DNA from: Candidatus Poribacteria bacterium
GTDB taxonomy: Bacteria > Poribacteria > WGA-4E > WGA-3G
Assembly (NCBI GenBank): GCA_965197475.1
Contig: CBDANF010000003.1
Location: 704,001 to 768,000, forward strand
DNA length: 64,000 nt
Direction: 5' to 3'
Shown here: one piece after another, positions 9,921 to 20,398 of the stretch
Layout of the letters: each line of letters starts with the position of its first letter
How positions within the stretch are numbered: position 1 is the stretch's first letter
Position numbers and translations under genes: made by a program
The notes under the pieces: generated by a model
Database searches by the model: none
What the model saw: only the letters and a program-made list of their open reading frames with translations
What the model was told of the DNA's origin: nothing

Positions 9921-11013
9921 TGCTATTGAAAATGAGACCTCTAAAGATGGTCTTGCAAGCTGCATCCTACATGCAATTGTCTATTCTATCTCTGTTATTA
10001 TTAACAGGGGGAGTCTGTCATCCTGATTTTGCGCTTGCTGAACCGGATCTTTTTGTTCAGTCGCTGACTGAAAAAGTTGCTGAAGCAGAAAGACAAAAAA
10101 TAACCGTCGTCACCGGAAAAGAGGGATGGTTATTCTTTGCTCCTGAGCTGCGACATCTGAGTGTTGGACAATTTTGGGGAGACGCTGCAAAGAAAGTCAG
10201 TCAAGCATCAAATCCGGAGTTCGCCGATCCACTTCCGGCAATTCTCGATTTCAAAGCGCAATTGGACACAGCAGGTATCAATCTAATTTTTGTTCCTATA
10301 CCTGCAAAAGCTTCCATTTATCCTGAGATGATTTCGGAACACGGTACAGCAAAACCGCGCACCGATCAACACCATATCAAATTTTACGACGTTTTGCGAG
10401 AAAAGGGTGTTAATGTATTGGATCTAACCGATCTATTTATTCAGAATCGGTTTACTGAAGTGGTCCATTGTATTGCAAACAGGATACGCATTGGTCAGGA
10501 CAGGCATGTGTTCTGGCAGCAGAAGCAATTGCAAAAGCCATCGGCGCACTGCCTTGGATGGCACAAATTCCCAAACGCAAGGCAAAGACTGAAACACGGA
10601 CTGTTGAAATAACTGGCGACCTCTGGAAAGAACTTGGCAATAAAGATTTACAGAAAGAACAATTACAACTTGCTTATGTCATAGAAGATGGAGGATCAAC
10701 TACGAACACACAGCCATTTGGTGCATCGTGGCGATTGAGTCCTGTTGTGCTGTTAGGGGATAGTCATAATCTTGTTTTTCATGCTGGAGGTGATATGCAC
10801 GCGCAGGGGACAGGTTTACCAGACCATCTCGCCCACCAACTTGGGTTTCCCGTGGATGTGGTAGCAGTTCGTGGTTCTGGTGCAACCCCATCCCGATTAA
10901 ACCTGTTCCGGAGGCGTGATAAAATGAAAGGGAAGCGAGTTGTTATCTGGTGTCTCAGCGTTCGAGAGTTCACAGAGGGACAAGGTTGGCATAAGGTTCC
11001 GGTGATAAAATAA
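9920..11013 (+). pseudogene. Second AlgJ/AlgX-like acetyltransferase, split by a 1-nt frameshift near 10460
   Basis: Frame 1 has GKEGWLF and P.PAK..IYPE; the -1 frame continues with YCKQDTHW and LGDSH; TGATG overlap with the upstream stop. Could be an assembly error. Confidence 0.75.
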
Positions 11014-11019
11014 TCGGCA

Positions 11020-11041
11020 GGGCACGGGGACCCCGCCCTAC
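11020..11041 (-). repeat. GTAG-type REP-like element
   Basis: Minus strand reads GTAGGGCGGGGTCCCCGTGCCC, related to the cargo of elements 16710-16799 and 17115-17204. Confidence 0.6.
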
Positions 11042-11101
11042 AATGTTAGCTGGCATTGCAAACGCTAAATTGTAGGCTTCATCCACTGTTTGAGAGGATT
11101 T

Positions 11102-12250
11102 CTAAACATCGCCTGCTGCTTGACGTTCCAACTCCCCGCGCCACCCAAGAACCATTCCAGATTTGATATGCTTAATGTCAAACCCTGTGTATCGATCCTC
11201 AAGGGTATCGCCGAGTTTTTGGGTTTCTACCCAGCGGTCCCAAGCGGTCTTCATCCATTTGTGCGGTAGAGCCTCTCTTACTTCCGGATCAAGTTGCCAC
11301 GCGTGCCGCACGTCCGTTACTGACGGTTCTCCTGTGAATTCGCCTGACCATTTTGACCAACCGATTGACAAAGTATTCCGTTCGCGTTCAGGGACGGTAT
11401 GTCCTGTATGGATCGTAGCACCATTTCGGATGAGTGCTTCTCCTGGCTTCAACCGAATCGCTACTTGCCCGGGTAATGGGTCAACACCGTTCCAACTGGG
11501 TGTGTGCGGAACGCCCTGATCTTTCATCCCTTTAGGCAGAAGTACGTCATGCTCATAAGGGGTTCGCCATCGGTCATGGCTATCCGGAATAAGTTCGTGG
11601 CATTCGTCGTCCGCAAGTGCCAAAAACATGCTCACGCCATTGCGCTCTTTGAGATTCTTAGCATTCCTTTCACGAATTTCTTTCCAGCGGATTCTCTCGA
11701 CTTCTTTGGAATATGCCTCAGGACCATCACCGCGGACCTCCCGTTGAGCGAAGTAGCTCTTTCCCGTGCCCCACCATGTTACGTCTCGGTGCCACCCGAG
11801 TTTGTTCTCATGCGTTCTTGGATTTGCCCACAGCAGCATGCCACTCATTGATAGGTCTTCAGGCTGGAGCCCGTGGCACCAAGAAGCAACGAAGTCTAAG
11901 AAATCTGTTGAACCGTGGAATTCAGCAAAACATGTTTCTCCAAAAGCAGGGTGAATGAGTCCGCGAATTGCCCACGGTTGCTCCTGTCCAGTCCGATGGA
12001 CATACCCTTTTGAACAGTCAATTTTGTCATACTTGTTTTCAGGTGTGCATGCCTCTGTAACGCGTCTGCCTGCCTCCCTAATAATTGGAATCCAAGGATT
12101 ATCAACAAAGTCGTTGATAATGACAAAACCGTGTTCCTTCAAGTGATCTAAACGTTCTGGTGTAGCTCCATGTGCTGAATGTTCAGGATTGAAATCAGCG
12201 AAAGCATTTGCGCGATAAGTTTCCGTTGTCGGTGATTCATTAACGTTCAT
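11102..12250 (-). CDS. Phytanoyl-CoA dioxygenase (PhyH)-family 2OG-Fe(II) oxygenase
   Basis: HGFVII, WHRD, LIPDSH and LKPGEALI...HTG motifs. Confidence 0.75.
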   Translation of the reverse strand: MNVNESPTTETYRANAFADFNPEHSAHGATPERLDHLKEHGFVIINDFVDNPWIPIIREAGRRVTEACTPENKYDKIDCSKGYVHRTGQEQPWAIRGLIHPAFGETCFAEFHGSTDFLDFVASWCHGLQPEDLSMSGMLLWANPRTHENKLGWHRDVTWWGTGKSYFAQREVRGDGPEAYSKEVERIRWKEIRERNAKNLKERNGVSMFLALADDECHELIPDSHDRWRTPYEHDVLLPKGMKDQGVPHTPSWNGVDPLPGQVAIRLKPGEALIRNGATIHTGHTVPERERNTLSIGWSKWSGEFTGEPSVTDVRHAWQLDPEVREALPHKWMKTAWDRWVETQKLGDTLEDRYTGFDIKHIKSGMVLGWRGELERQAAGDV

Positions 12251-12441
12251 TTACATTCCCTCCTTTTGGTGTGTGCTGAGAATGTTGTTTTGCACCGAAG
12301 TCGTCTTAAGCGTATAAGTGATAGATCGAATTTTGTTCTATGTTGCCAAGGCCATGGTGTCGGAATTATGACATTAAATTGTTAATTTGTCAAAATTTAT
12401 AATTTGTGCAAATAGGCAGTGCCGATTATCCAAAAAGCCAC

Positions 12442-12471
12442 TTGACAAAATTCCCGATAAAATGATAAAAT
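12442..12471 (+). promoter_or_regulatory. Sigma70-type promoter
   Basis: TTGACA, 18-nt spacer, TGnTAAAAT; upstream of the ATG at 12503. Confidence 0.6.
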
Positions 12472-12502
12472 TAAACCCTAAACACAAAGAAAGGATAGCA
12501 AT

Positions 12503-13609
12503 ATGGCATCACAAACCGAATTACAATCAATGTTAAACGCACCCATTGCTTTAGCACCGAATACATACTTGCACTTTTACAACGGGGGGAAACTCCGTGC
12601 TGAATTTATGGGTGAACCCGATCCGAAAGATGACTATTACTCTGAAGAATGGATTTTCTCCACAAATAGGGCGATTACCCCCGGCAGAGATAACCCACCA
12701 GAAAAAGGGTTCAGTCTGATTGAACTCCCGAGTGGAGAGGTAGTCTTACTAAAAGAGTTGTTGGATGCATACCCAGAAGAGACGCTTGGTAGCGCGCACA
12801 TAGCGAAATATGACACCGATTTAGGCGTACTTCTCAAGATTTTTGATGTCGGCGAAGGCGCACATATCCCCATCCACTGGCATCCAAACCCAGATTTTGC
12901 ACAGGAACACCTTAACTCACCCTTCGGCAAAAACGAAGCATGGATATTAATCGGTACGCGCCCCGGAGCAAAGGCATGGATAGGTTGGAAGGAAGCTATA
13001 GACAAAGCCGAATTTCGCCGTCTGATGGAAGCACAAGATATCGAAACACTGCGAAGCCTCCTGCACGTCGTTGAACCCAAGGTTGGAGAAGTCTACTTCT
13101 TACGGACACCAATTGTCCATTCACTCGGCACAGGGCTTTGCGTGCTTGAACCGCAGGAACCGACCGACTGGAACATCCTCGCCGAATGGGAAGGATTTCC
13201 ATACAATAGAGAAGATGGACACCTCGGTCTCGGATGGGATTTGGCTGTAGACGCTGCTGAATTTGACAAACTTGAGTTGGACTATCTAAACAACTACATC
13301 CGACGGACACCGGAACTTGTCAGAGCAGAAGGCGATAACCGTGAAGACCGAATCGTACCAGAGGAAGCATCAAAATTCTTCGGATGCTCACGTTTGACGG
13401 TAAACTCAACGATCAGCATGCCATCGGGAAATGGTTTCTATGCGCTCGTAACATTGGGTGGTGAAGGTGTCCTACGTGGTGACTTTGAAGATGTCCCACT
13501 CAAACGCGGCAAATCTGTTTTCATTCCGCGATGCCTATCCAGTTACGTCATCGTCAGTACTGGTGATACACCGATGGAGGTTATCTGTTGCTATCCGCCA
13601 AGTCTTTAA
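12503..13609 (+). CDS. Mannose-6-phosphate isomerase class I-like cupin protein
   Basis: LLKIFD, IHWHP, GKNEAW, HSLG...EPQEPTD motifs. Confidence 0.75.
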   Translation: MASQTELQSMLNAPIALAPNTYLHFYNGGKLRAEFMGEPDPKDDYYSEEWIFSTNRAITPGRDNPPEKGFSLIELPSGEVVLLKELLDAYPEETLGSAHIAKYDTDLGVLLKIFDVGEGAHIPIHWHPNPDFAQEHLNSPFGKNEAWILIGTRPGAKAWIGWKEAIDKAEFRRLMEAQDIETLRSLLHVVEPKVGEVYFLRTPIVHSLGTGLCVLEPQEPTDWNILAEWEGFPYNREDGHLGLGWDLAVDAAEFDKLELDYLNNYIRRTPELVRAEGDNREDRIVPEEASKFFGCSRLTVNSTISMPSGNGFYALVTLGGEGVLRGDFEDVPLKRGKSVFIPRCLSSYVIVSTGDTPMEVICCYPPSL

Positions 13610-13614
13610 AGGCA

Positions 13615-13640
13615 GTAGGCACACGCAGCGTGATGCAACG
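13615..13640 (+). repeat. GTAGGCAC-family REP-like hairpin (degenerate)
   Basis: GTAGGCACACGCAGCGTG...; related copies at 28518-28541 and 45436-45460. Confidence 0.5.
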
Positions 13641-13650
13641 GTAGCACACA

Positions 13651-14868
13651 ATGTTAGACTTTAAGCCTCCGAAACCGAATATGACCGCGATAAAGGTGGC
13701 AAAAGCAATTGTGCCATTTGTCAATCGGTTGTACGTAAACGGGTTAACGTTAGACATCGATTCAGAATCGATTGCGAGGTTAAAATCGACTCATAAACAA
13801 CCTACGTTAATAGCACCAAACCACGCAGCGTTAGCCGACCCAGTGGTCGTGTTTCTGTTGTCAAAACATATATCGCAACCGTTTTACTATTTGGCAGCCA
13901 GAGATACATTTGACAGAGGTAGATTCGGTGGAATCCGTAGTTTTCTGATGCAACGACTTGGTGTTTATTCCATTGTGCGCGGCACTGTTGATAGAAGTGC
14001 TTTCAGAACGACTCGGCAACTATTAACTGAAGGAAAATGGCCACTTGTCATCTTTGGTGAGGGAGAAATATCAAGTCAAAACGACACCGTCCTGCGCTTT
14101 GAGAGAGGTATCATACAACTCTGCTTCTGGGCAATAGACGATATGAAAAAAAGAAACATTGATAAACCCCTCTATGTTGTTCCCCTTGGTATCAAATATC
14201 ACTATACACAAGATATGTGGGATGTCATTGATGATGCGCTCACTGCGTTAGAGCGACACATTCTCCCATCGGCAGCGCGCACACCAATAGAACGGTACCA
14301 ACGACTGAGACGCATCGGAATCGCTGTTCTATCAACACTTGCTGATGAGTATCAATTCAAAATAGAACCCACCGCTTCGCTCAACGAGCAAATTCAGGGA
14401 CTCAAGGAACAGATATTATCTCACGCTGAAAAGGTTATGGGTATCCATTCCGATAACGATGTCCTAACTCGCGTTCGTGCGTTGAAAAATATTGTTGATG
14501 CTGAAGTTTATAAAGATGTTGATGAAATGACGGAGTATGAACGCAAAATACATGAAGAACACCTTCAGAAATTCCAACTATTCTATCCAGATTTGAATAG
14601 GTTAATTAATTTCATCGCTATATCGGATGGGTATGTCGCTGAAGAACATTCTCCAGAACGTTATCTTGAAGTGATATTCAGATTGGAAAAAGAAGTTTTT
14701 GGAACAGCAAAGATGCGGGGACCACGCGTCGCGTCAATACACGCTGGTGAACCGAAAAATCTTTTGGACCACTACGATACTTACAAGACTCAGAAGAGAG
14801 AGACAGTCGAGCAGATCACAATTGAACTGGAGACTGAAGTTCAAAATTTGATTATAGGATTATCATAA
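13651..14868 (+). CDS. Phospholipid/glycerol acyltransferase (PlsC family)
   Basis: PNHAALAD (NHx4D) and IFGEG motifs. Confidence 0.85.
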   Translation: MLDFKPPKPNMTAIKVAKAIVPFVNRLYVNGLTLDIDSESIARLKSTHKQPTLIAPNHAALADPVVVFLLSKHISQPFYYLAARDTFDRGRFGGIRSFLMQRLGVYSIVRGTVDRSAFRTTRQLLTEGKWPLVIFGEGEISSQNDTVLRFERGIIQLCFWAIDDMKKRNIDKPLYVVPLGIKYHYTQDMWDVIDDALTALERHILPSAARTPIERYQRLRRIGIAVLSTLADEYQFKIEPTASLNEQIQGLKEQILSHAEKVMGIHSDNDVLTRVRALKNIVDAEVYKDVDEMTEYERKIHEEHLQKFQLFYPDLNRLINFIAISDGYVAEEHSPERYLEVIFRLEKEVFGTAKMRGPRVASIHAGEPKNLLDHYDTYKTQKRETVEQITIELETEVQNLIIGLS

Positions 14869-14993
14869 AACAGAACCTATTTCAGGAAGTAAAGTGAAAA
14901 TGTCTAAGGTTGTTGAAAACTGAAACCTACTTCCAACATTAGACATTTAGCGGCTTTAGTAGAATTCCTAAATTATTCCTATAGGAGGAAAAC

Positions 14994-15908
14994 ATGGCAA
15001 AAAAATTGTCAATTGGAAGTTGGGCTTACGCATTTGGACCTTATGAAGATAACCCTGTCCCGTTTGATGATGTCGTCAAACGTCTCGGCGAACTCGAATT
15101 TGACGGTGTTGAAATCGGGGCATTTAAACCGCATATTGACATTAACGATTATCCAATGAAAAGCGACCGTGATGCTGTCAAAGGCTTAATTAGTTACTAC
15201 GGCTTGGAAGTATCCGGATTAGCAGCTGATTTCTGGTCGCACCCCGGTCCGGCAACGGACGAAGCACAAGAGGATGATAGGTACTACAAGTTATTTAAGG
15301 AAAACCTTCAACTTGCGCTTGATCTCGGTTCGCCTTCAATACGAGTAGATACTGTTACCGGTGCTGAGGATGAAATTCAGGGTGTTGAGCGAGGAGAAGC
15401 ATGGGATCGGATCGCTTCCGTTTGGAGACGTTGTGCCCAAGTCGCGGAAGACCACGGCGTGCTGATGCTCTGGGAATTTGAACCTGGATTTATGTTCAAT
15501 AAACCCAGCGATATTATCAATATGCCGCAGGCTGTGAATCACCCGAATTTCAAGGTGATGTTTGATACATGCCACGCGCAAATGTGCGCAACTGTTGGTG
15601 CACGGCAGGTCGGTGAAAAGGAGACACTTGGCGATAATGGCGTCATTGAACTCGCGCGGCAACTCAAAGGTGAAATTGGACACTTCCACCTCATTGACTC
15701 CGACAATACGCTCCATGGTGACGAAACCAGCACACATGCACCTTTTGGAGATGGCGTGTTAGACTTTGATGAAATTATCCCTGTCATCATGGATGAAACA
15801 GGATACGATGGTGAGTGGTTTTCAATCGATCTCTGTTTCTGGCCGGAAGCATGGGAAGTCACGGAAAACGCTAAGAAGTTCCTTACGCCTTATTTAGAAA
15901 GGTATTAA
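14994..15908 (+). CDS. Sugar phosphate isomerase/epimerase (xylose isomerase-like TIM barrel)
   Basis: FDGVEI, WEFEPG, FDTCH, HFHLIDSD, PFGDG motifs; AGGAGG RBS. Confidence 0.85.
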   Translation: MAKKLSIGSWAYAFGPYEDNPVPFDDVVKRLGELEFDGVEIGAFKPHIDINDYPMKSDRDAVKGLISYYGLEVSGLAADFWSHPGPATDEAQEDDRYYKLFKENLQLALDLGSPSIRVDTVTGAEDEIQGVERGEAWDRIASVWRRCAQVAEDHGVLMLWEFEPGFMFNKPSDIINMPQAVNHPNFKVMFDTCHAQMCATVGARQVGEKETLGDNGVIELARQLKGEIGHFHLIDSDNTLHGDETSTHAPFGDGVLDFDEIIPVIMDETGYDGEWFSIDLCFWPEAWEVTENAKKFLTPYLERY

Positions 15909-15928
15909 GGATTTTGCAAAGCAGAAAT

Positions 15929-15952
15929 GGCGCGGCTTCAAACCGCGCCTAT
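15929..15952. repeat. REP-like hairpin, possible terminator
   Basis: GGCGCGG-N7-CCGCGCC followed by TAT (ATAG foot on the minus strand). Confidence 0.5.
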
Positions 15953-15970
15953 TAAATAAGGTGTCAAGCA

Positions 15971-16423
15971 GTGAAGAGAGGAAAGAAGCCCAAAAAAAGG
16001 AAACGAGGTCCGGCATCTCGCGCACGAATACGAGCCAATCTTGCACAGTTACGAACCACTAAAATTCTTTTGCAAGAAAGCGAGCGCATACTGAACCGAC
16101 TTAAGGAACTTGAAGAAGAAACTCGGGAATGTTACGAAAGCGTACTCAAACGGTATTCGCTGTCAATGGAAGATCAGGAGGAGTTAGAGCGAGAGTGGAA
16201 ACTCGGTTTGCAGATCATCACTGACTATGAAGATGCAACCCAAGAAGAACTTTCTTACCTTGATATAAGTGTCTATAACTCGGAACCTCTTAGCGATCCT
16301 ATAGATTGGGAAACCTCAGAAGCGTTTTGGCGAGCCAGTTTTGATTTGGCAAATGCGTTAGGACTAGCACTGATTACAATTGACGAGGCAGGAAATATCA
16401 ACGGAGAGATAGTCAACTATTAA
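15971..16423 (+). CDS. Hypothetical protein with a basic N-terminus, coiled coil and acidic C-terminus
   Basis: 150-aa ORF with GTG start; no recognisable motif. Confidence 0.6.
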   Translation: MKRGKKPKKRKRGPASRARIRANLAQLRTTKILLQESERILNRLKELEEETRECYESVLKRYSLSMEDQEELEREWKLGLQIITDYEDATQEELSYLDISVYNSEPLSDPIDWETSEAFWRASFDLANALGLALITIDEAGNINGEIVNY

Positions 16424-16518
16424 AGATGATTTCATGTGTAGATAGGTAAAATTGGAACATTTTGGTATCAATCTAATTTCTTCTATACACTTGCCGGCCG
16501 GCTGAGTTTTTACTACGT

Positions 16519-16703
16519 TAACGTGGGTTTGATAAAAAGATGCAATGACTACTGTCCGTTGGGTAGAACGGAATACACAATAAAATCCGACATCAAAGTG
16601 TGATTCATTCTCCATTTAAACTGAAAACACCGAAAAATAAGTGAAACCCAACTCTTTTTATTTTTTGGATGGTCACTCGGAATCAAATATCGAACTCACG
16701 TTA
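16519..16703. mobile_element. MITE, TAACGTGRGTTYGA family
   Basis: TIRs TAACGTGGGTTTGATA and TATCGAACTCACGTTA; internal GTTGGGT...ACCCAAC remnants. Confidence 0.7.
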
Positions 16704-16709
16704 ATATAA

Positions 16710-16799
16710 TACGCAATTAACGCGATTTGTCCTGTGAGGTCCCCGTGCCTCACAATGCTAACCGCTACGTAGAAAACTTCGAATCAAGTTAATTTGGTA
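16710..16799. mobile_element. 90-bp MITE, TACCAAATTAAC family (copy E1)
   Basis: TIRs TACGCAATTAAC and GTTAATTTGGTA, flanked by TAA on both sides; inverted near-copy of 17115-17204. Confidence 0.85.
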
Positions 16800-16802
16800 T
16801 AA

Positions 16803-17111
16803 TACCAAATTAACGGGATTTGTCTTATTTTCTGGACGGTAGGTGCGGTTTCTAACCGCACCATAGGCGTCAATTTAAGGAAAGAACTCGTTTGTAGTCG
16901 CGCAATTCACGCGCCTCTTATATTCAAAGAAAAGAGGCGCGTGAATTGCGCGACTACGAACGCAGATATTCTCGTCCTTTGCGTTATTTGAGATGTTGGG
17001 ACAAAAAGGAGCAGTTAAGAAACCGCACCTACCGGGTTAGGGACCGCTAAATTGACGCTAATGGTGCGGTTAGAAACCGCACCTACCGAGTGGGATCAAG
17101 TTAATTTGGTA
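16803..17111. mobile_element. 309-bp MITE, TACCAAATTAAC family, carrying nested REP doublets (copy E2)
   Basis: Perfect 12-bp TIRs with TAA flanks; inverted pair of GTAGGTGCGG REPs (16837-16879 / 17046-17088) enclosing a GTAGTCGCGCAAT doublet (16889-16962). Confidence 0.85.
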
Positions 17112-17114
17112 TAA

Positions 17115-17204
17115 TACCAAATTAACGGGATTATTAGTTTTCTACGTAGCGGTTAGCATTGCGAGGCACGGGGACCTCGCGCTACACATCGCGTTAATTG
17201 GGTA
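17115..17204. mobile_element. 90-bp MITE, TACCAAATTAAC family (copy E3)
   Basis: TIRs TACCAAATTAAC and GTTAATTGGGTA with TAA flanks. Confidence 0.85.
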
Positions 17205-17230
17205 TAACACATCGCTTTACGGATATTTAT

Positions 17231-18112
17231 ATGCCTTCTGAAACAGTCGGAAAATTTGGGCAACACATGCTAAATCTGCAGTCAATAGAAGCCTTACTTG
17301 ACCTCGCCTTTGCAGAGGATATCGGTATAGGTGATATTACCACAGAGGCAACAGTGCCACCCTCTCAAAAAGGTATCGGGACACTCTATGCTAAGAGTGA
17401 CGGTATTGTCGCTGGTCTACCGATCGCTGAACGGACCTTTAAGAAATTGGATTCTGGACTTATCTTCAATGCTTTTGTCAGCGATGGAGACGCAATTACT
17501 GCAGGCACCCCTATTGCTGAGATTCAAGGTAGTGCGAAAACAATCCTGATAGGTGAGCGAACTGCTCTCAACTTCCTTCAACGACTGTCTGGTGTAGCAA
17601 CGTTAACATCACAGTTTGTCAAAGCAGTCGCAGACTATGATGTGAAAATAGTTGATACACGAAAGACAACCCCAGGCTGGCGCGCGATTCAGAAATATGC
17701 AGTCCGTGTAGGGGGTGGTGATAACCATCGCTTTGGGCTTTATGACGGCGTGTTAATCAAAGATAACCACATTGTCGCAGCAGGTGGAATTCGAAATGCA
17801 GTTCAACGCGCGCGGTTGATTGCGCCGCATACCACAAAAATTGAAGTTGAAGTTGAAACGATTGAGCAAGTCAACGAAGCACTTGATGTAGGGGCTGACA
17901 TTTTACTTTTAGATAACATGTCCCTTGACACCATGAAACAAGTTGTCAAACTGGTAAACAAACTTGTAGTCACTGAAGCTTCAGGTGGGATAACTTTGGA
18001 ACAGGTGCGAGATGTTGCTGCTATAGGTGTAAACTTAATATCTGTTGGGGCTTTAACGCATTCAGCGATGCCAATGGACATAAGTCTAAGTTTAACACTT
18101 GTTGAGGCATAG
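17231..18112 (+). CDS. nadC: Nicotinate-nucleotide diphosphorylase (carboxylating)
   Basis: EDIG.GDITT, ERTALNFLQRLSG, DTRKTTPG, LIKDNH, EASGGI; start may instead be 17267. Confidence 0.95.
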   Translation: MPSETVGKFGQHMLNLQSIEALLDLAFAEDIGIGDITTEATVPPSQKGIGTLYAKSDGIVAGLPIAERTFKKLDSGLIFNAFVSDGDAITAGTPIAEIQGSAKTILIGERTALNFLQRLSGVATLTSQFVKAVADYDVKIVDTRKTTPGWRAIQKYAVRVGGGDNHRFGLYDGVLIKDNHIVAAGGIRNAVQRARLIAPHTTKIEVEVETIEQVNEALDVGADILLLDNMSLDTMKQVVKLVNKLVVTEASGGITLEQVRDVAAIGVNLISVGALTHSAMPMDISLSLTLVEA

Positions 18113-18169
18113 AATGTTCACATTTGAAACATTTTTATGGTGCTTAGAACAAAGGAAAAATAGATAGCA

Positions 18170-19297
18170 ATGCAAGCCCCTATGAGCCGCGATAATATGA
18201 TTCGCGGCATCCTTCTTTTTATGTTGTTTACGCTGGCCGGGTTATTGCTCAGTTTTTTTTGGAGCGGTACGCAAGACATAAAAAGTGGAACAGAAGATTT
18301 AAAACTAGTCTTTCTGGGGATGCGGTATGAATTTCTGATCGGTACGTGCGTGTGTATGTTAGTAGATTGGTTATGTGGCGGGCTTCGATTCCACATTTTT
18401 GTCCGGATAGTAACTCCGACAATTAAATTCCGGGATAGTTGTCGTGCTATTTTAGCAACAATCTGTGTATCAGCGATTACGCCTTTTCAGACTGGCGGAG
18501 TTGGTCATCTCTATATTTACGCTCGATCCGGCGTTCCACTGTCGGGTGCCATTACAGCCGGTATCGTTGCCTTCCTCTCTACCCTAGTCATTCTCATCCT
18601 CTCTGCAGGCGGTATCTTGTTGTTGTATCCAAGTTCCATACCGGAAGAGACCACGTGGATCATTCTATTAAGTTTTCTGATATTTAGTTTAGTATTTATA
18701 ACGTTCCTTCTGTTGCTTTTCAAACCTGAAATTGTTCTCCGTTTTTTTAATTGGCTCACGAAACTTGTAGGACGCAGGTTTACACCCCTTGCACCTCTCT
18801 TAGAACGTGTGACGTTGAAAGTGGAGCAGCTCACCACTGAACACAAAACTTTTGCCGCAACGCTTCTCCGCAATCATAAATGGGCTTGCCTCTTGAGTTT
18901 ATTCCTCACTTGCGGATTCTTTGGGGCAAGAATTGTTGGCAGTTACTTCGTTGTAAAAGCCCTTGACGCAGAAGCGATACTTTGGGAACTATGTGTTGTT
19001 GGAATGATGCTGAATTTTGTCGTACTGTTCGCGCCAACCCCAGGGGCAAGTGGGGTTGCAGAGGGCACAACAAGCCTATTAATGAAAAATCTTATCAAGG
19101 GGAAATTGATTACTCCCTTTGTGCTGCTAACGCGATTTTTCACCGTCTATTGTGCTGTTGTTATTGGTGGTATTGTAATCGGTTTACAATTGGCAAAAGA
19201 TTTCAGAATTAGTAAAAAAGGCATAGTTGAAGATGCTGTGCCACAAGTGAGAGCTCACCCTATTGGAGAGCTCAAGGATAAAAAAGGGCATAACTGA
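18170..19297 (+). CDS. Lysylphosphatidylglycerol synthase TM-domain (flippase-like) membrane protein
   Basis: Multi-TM protein with ITPFQTGG and [11 protein letters not shown] motifs. Confidence 0.8.
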   Translation: MQAPMSRDNMIRGILLFMLFTLAGLLLSFFWSGTQDIKSGTEDLKLVFLGMRYEFLIGTCVCMLVDWLCGGLRFHIFVRIVTPTIKFRDSCRAILATICVSAITPFQTGGVGHLYIYARSGVPLSGAITAGIVAFLSTLVILILSAGGILLLYPSSIPEETTWIILLSFLIFSLVFITFLLLLFKPEIVLRFFNWLTKLVGRRFTPLAPLLERVTLKVEQLTTEHKTFAATLLRNHKWACLLSLFLTCGFFGARIVGSYFVVKALDAEAILWELCVVGMMLNFVVLFAPTPGASGVAEGTTSLLMKNLIKGKLITPFVLLTRFFTVYCAVVIGGIVIGLQLAKDFRISKKGIVEDAVPQVRAHPIGELKDKKGHN

Positions 19298-19383
19298 GAA
19301 GATGGCTGTCAGTAAAGACTGTGTTTTTCATAACCTATTACCGACAACCGATTATCATTGGAACTATGTCCGAAAGGAGAAAT

Positions 19384-20289
19384 ATGGAAAAAGTTGATCC
19401 GAAAACAACGAAACTTGGTTGGATTGGTACCGGGGTGATGGGCAGATGGATGTGCCAACACCTTATGGACCTTGGATACAGCATGACTGTCTATAACCGC
19501 ACGAAATCGAAAGCGGAACCGCTCATTGATGATGGCGCAACTTGGGCAGACTCTCCAAGTGAAGTAGCTGCCGCCTCCGATGTCATCTTTACCATTGTCG
19601 GGTTTCCACCTGATGTGCGAGAGGTGTATCTTGGTGATAACGGTATCTTGAAAGGTGCAAAATCTGGAAGTATTGTCGTTGATATGACAACAACTGAACC
19701 TTCCCTCGCACAAGAGGTATACAGTAAAGCAGAGGAACAGAACGTCGCTTCCGTAGACGCTCCTGTTTCAGGTGGGGATGTCGGTGCGCGGGAGGCACGT
19801 CTCTCTATCATGGTTGGCGGTGACGAGGCAGCGGTGCAAGCGGTCATGCCTCTCTTCTCTGCTATGGGGAAAAATATTGTCCATCAAGGCGGTGCAGGTG
19901 CAGGACAACACACCAAGATGTGCAATCAGATTACGATCTCTGGCACAATGATTGGCGTATGTGAAGGTCTACTCTACGGCTATAAAGCGGGTTTGGATTT
20001 GGAAACGATGCTATCTTCAATCAGTGGTGGGGCAGCCGCTTGTTGGTCGTTGGATAACTTAGCACCGCGTGTCCTCAAGCGTGACTTTGATCCGGGCTTC
20101 TTCGTAGAGCACTTCATCAAAGATATGAGCATCGCTTTAGACGAAGCCAGAAAAATGAATTTGAGTCTTCCAGGACTCGCATTGGTGCATCAACTTTATA
20201 CTGCAGTGCAAGCGCAAGGACATGGACGTTTAGGGACACAAGCCTTGTTGCTCGCTTTAGAGCAGATGTCCGGGGCAGAAGTAGGTTAA
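19384..20289 (+). CDS. NAD(P)-dependent beta-hydroxyacid dehydrogenase (3-hydroxyisobutyrate DH / tartronate semialdehyde reductase family)
   Basis: [30 protein letters not shown]; AAAGGAG RBS before 19384. Confidence 0.9.
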   Translation: MEKVDPKTTKLGWIGTGVMGRWMCQHLMDLGYSMTVYNRTKSKAEPLIDDGATWADSPSEVAAASDVIFTIVGFPPDVREVYLGDNGILKGAKSGSIVVDMTTTEPSLAQEVYSKAEEQNVASVDAPVSGGDVGAREARLSIMVGGDEAAVQAVMPLFSAMGKNIVHQGGAGAGQHTKMCNQITISGTMIGVCEGLLYGYKAGLDLETMLSSISGGAAACWSLDNLAPRVLKRDFDPGFFVEHFIKDMSIALDEARKMNLSLPGLALVHQLYTAVQAQGHGRLGTQALLLALEQMSGAEVG

Positions 20290-20303
20290 TTACGCGATGC
20301 TGT

Positions 20304-20390
20304 CTGATAAGGTTCGGCAGTTGACACTCATTTTTAGAAGAAGTTTATTTCTTCCAATAAACGATTGCTAACTGCCGAAAACCTTTCAGA
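20304..20390. terminator. Long imperfect inverted repeat between convergent genes
   Basis: TCTGATAAGGTTCGGCAGTT ... AACTGCCGAAAACCTTTCAGA. Confidence 0.5.
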
Positions 20391-20398
20391 ACGGTTCA

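Noticed and set aside
16700-17210. Possible CRISPR array (repeated GTTAATTTGGTATAATACCAAATTAAC)
   Set aside because: Only two full junction copies, 312 bp apart; the intervening sequences are themselves repeats; no cas genes. Better explained as abutting TIRs.
17198-17230. N-terminal extension of nadC in the ORF track
   Set aside because: The TTG start lies inside a MITE TIR; ATG 17231 or 17267 is more plausible.
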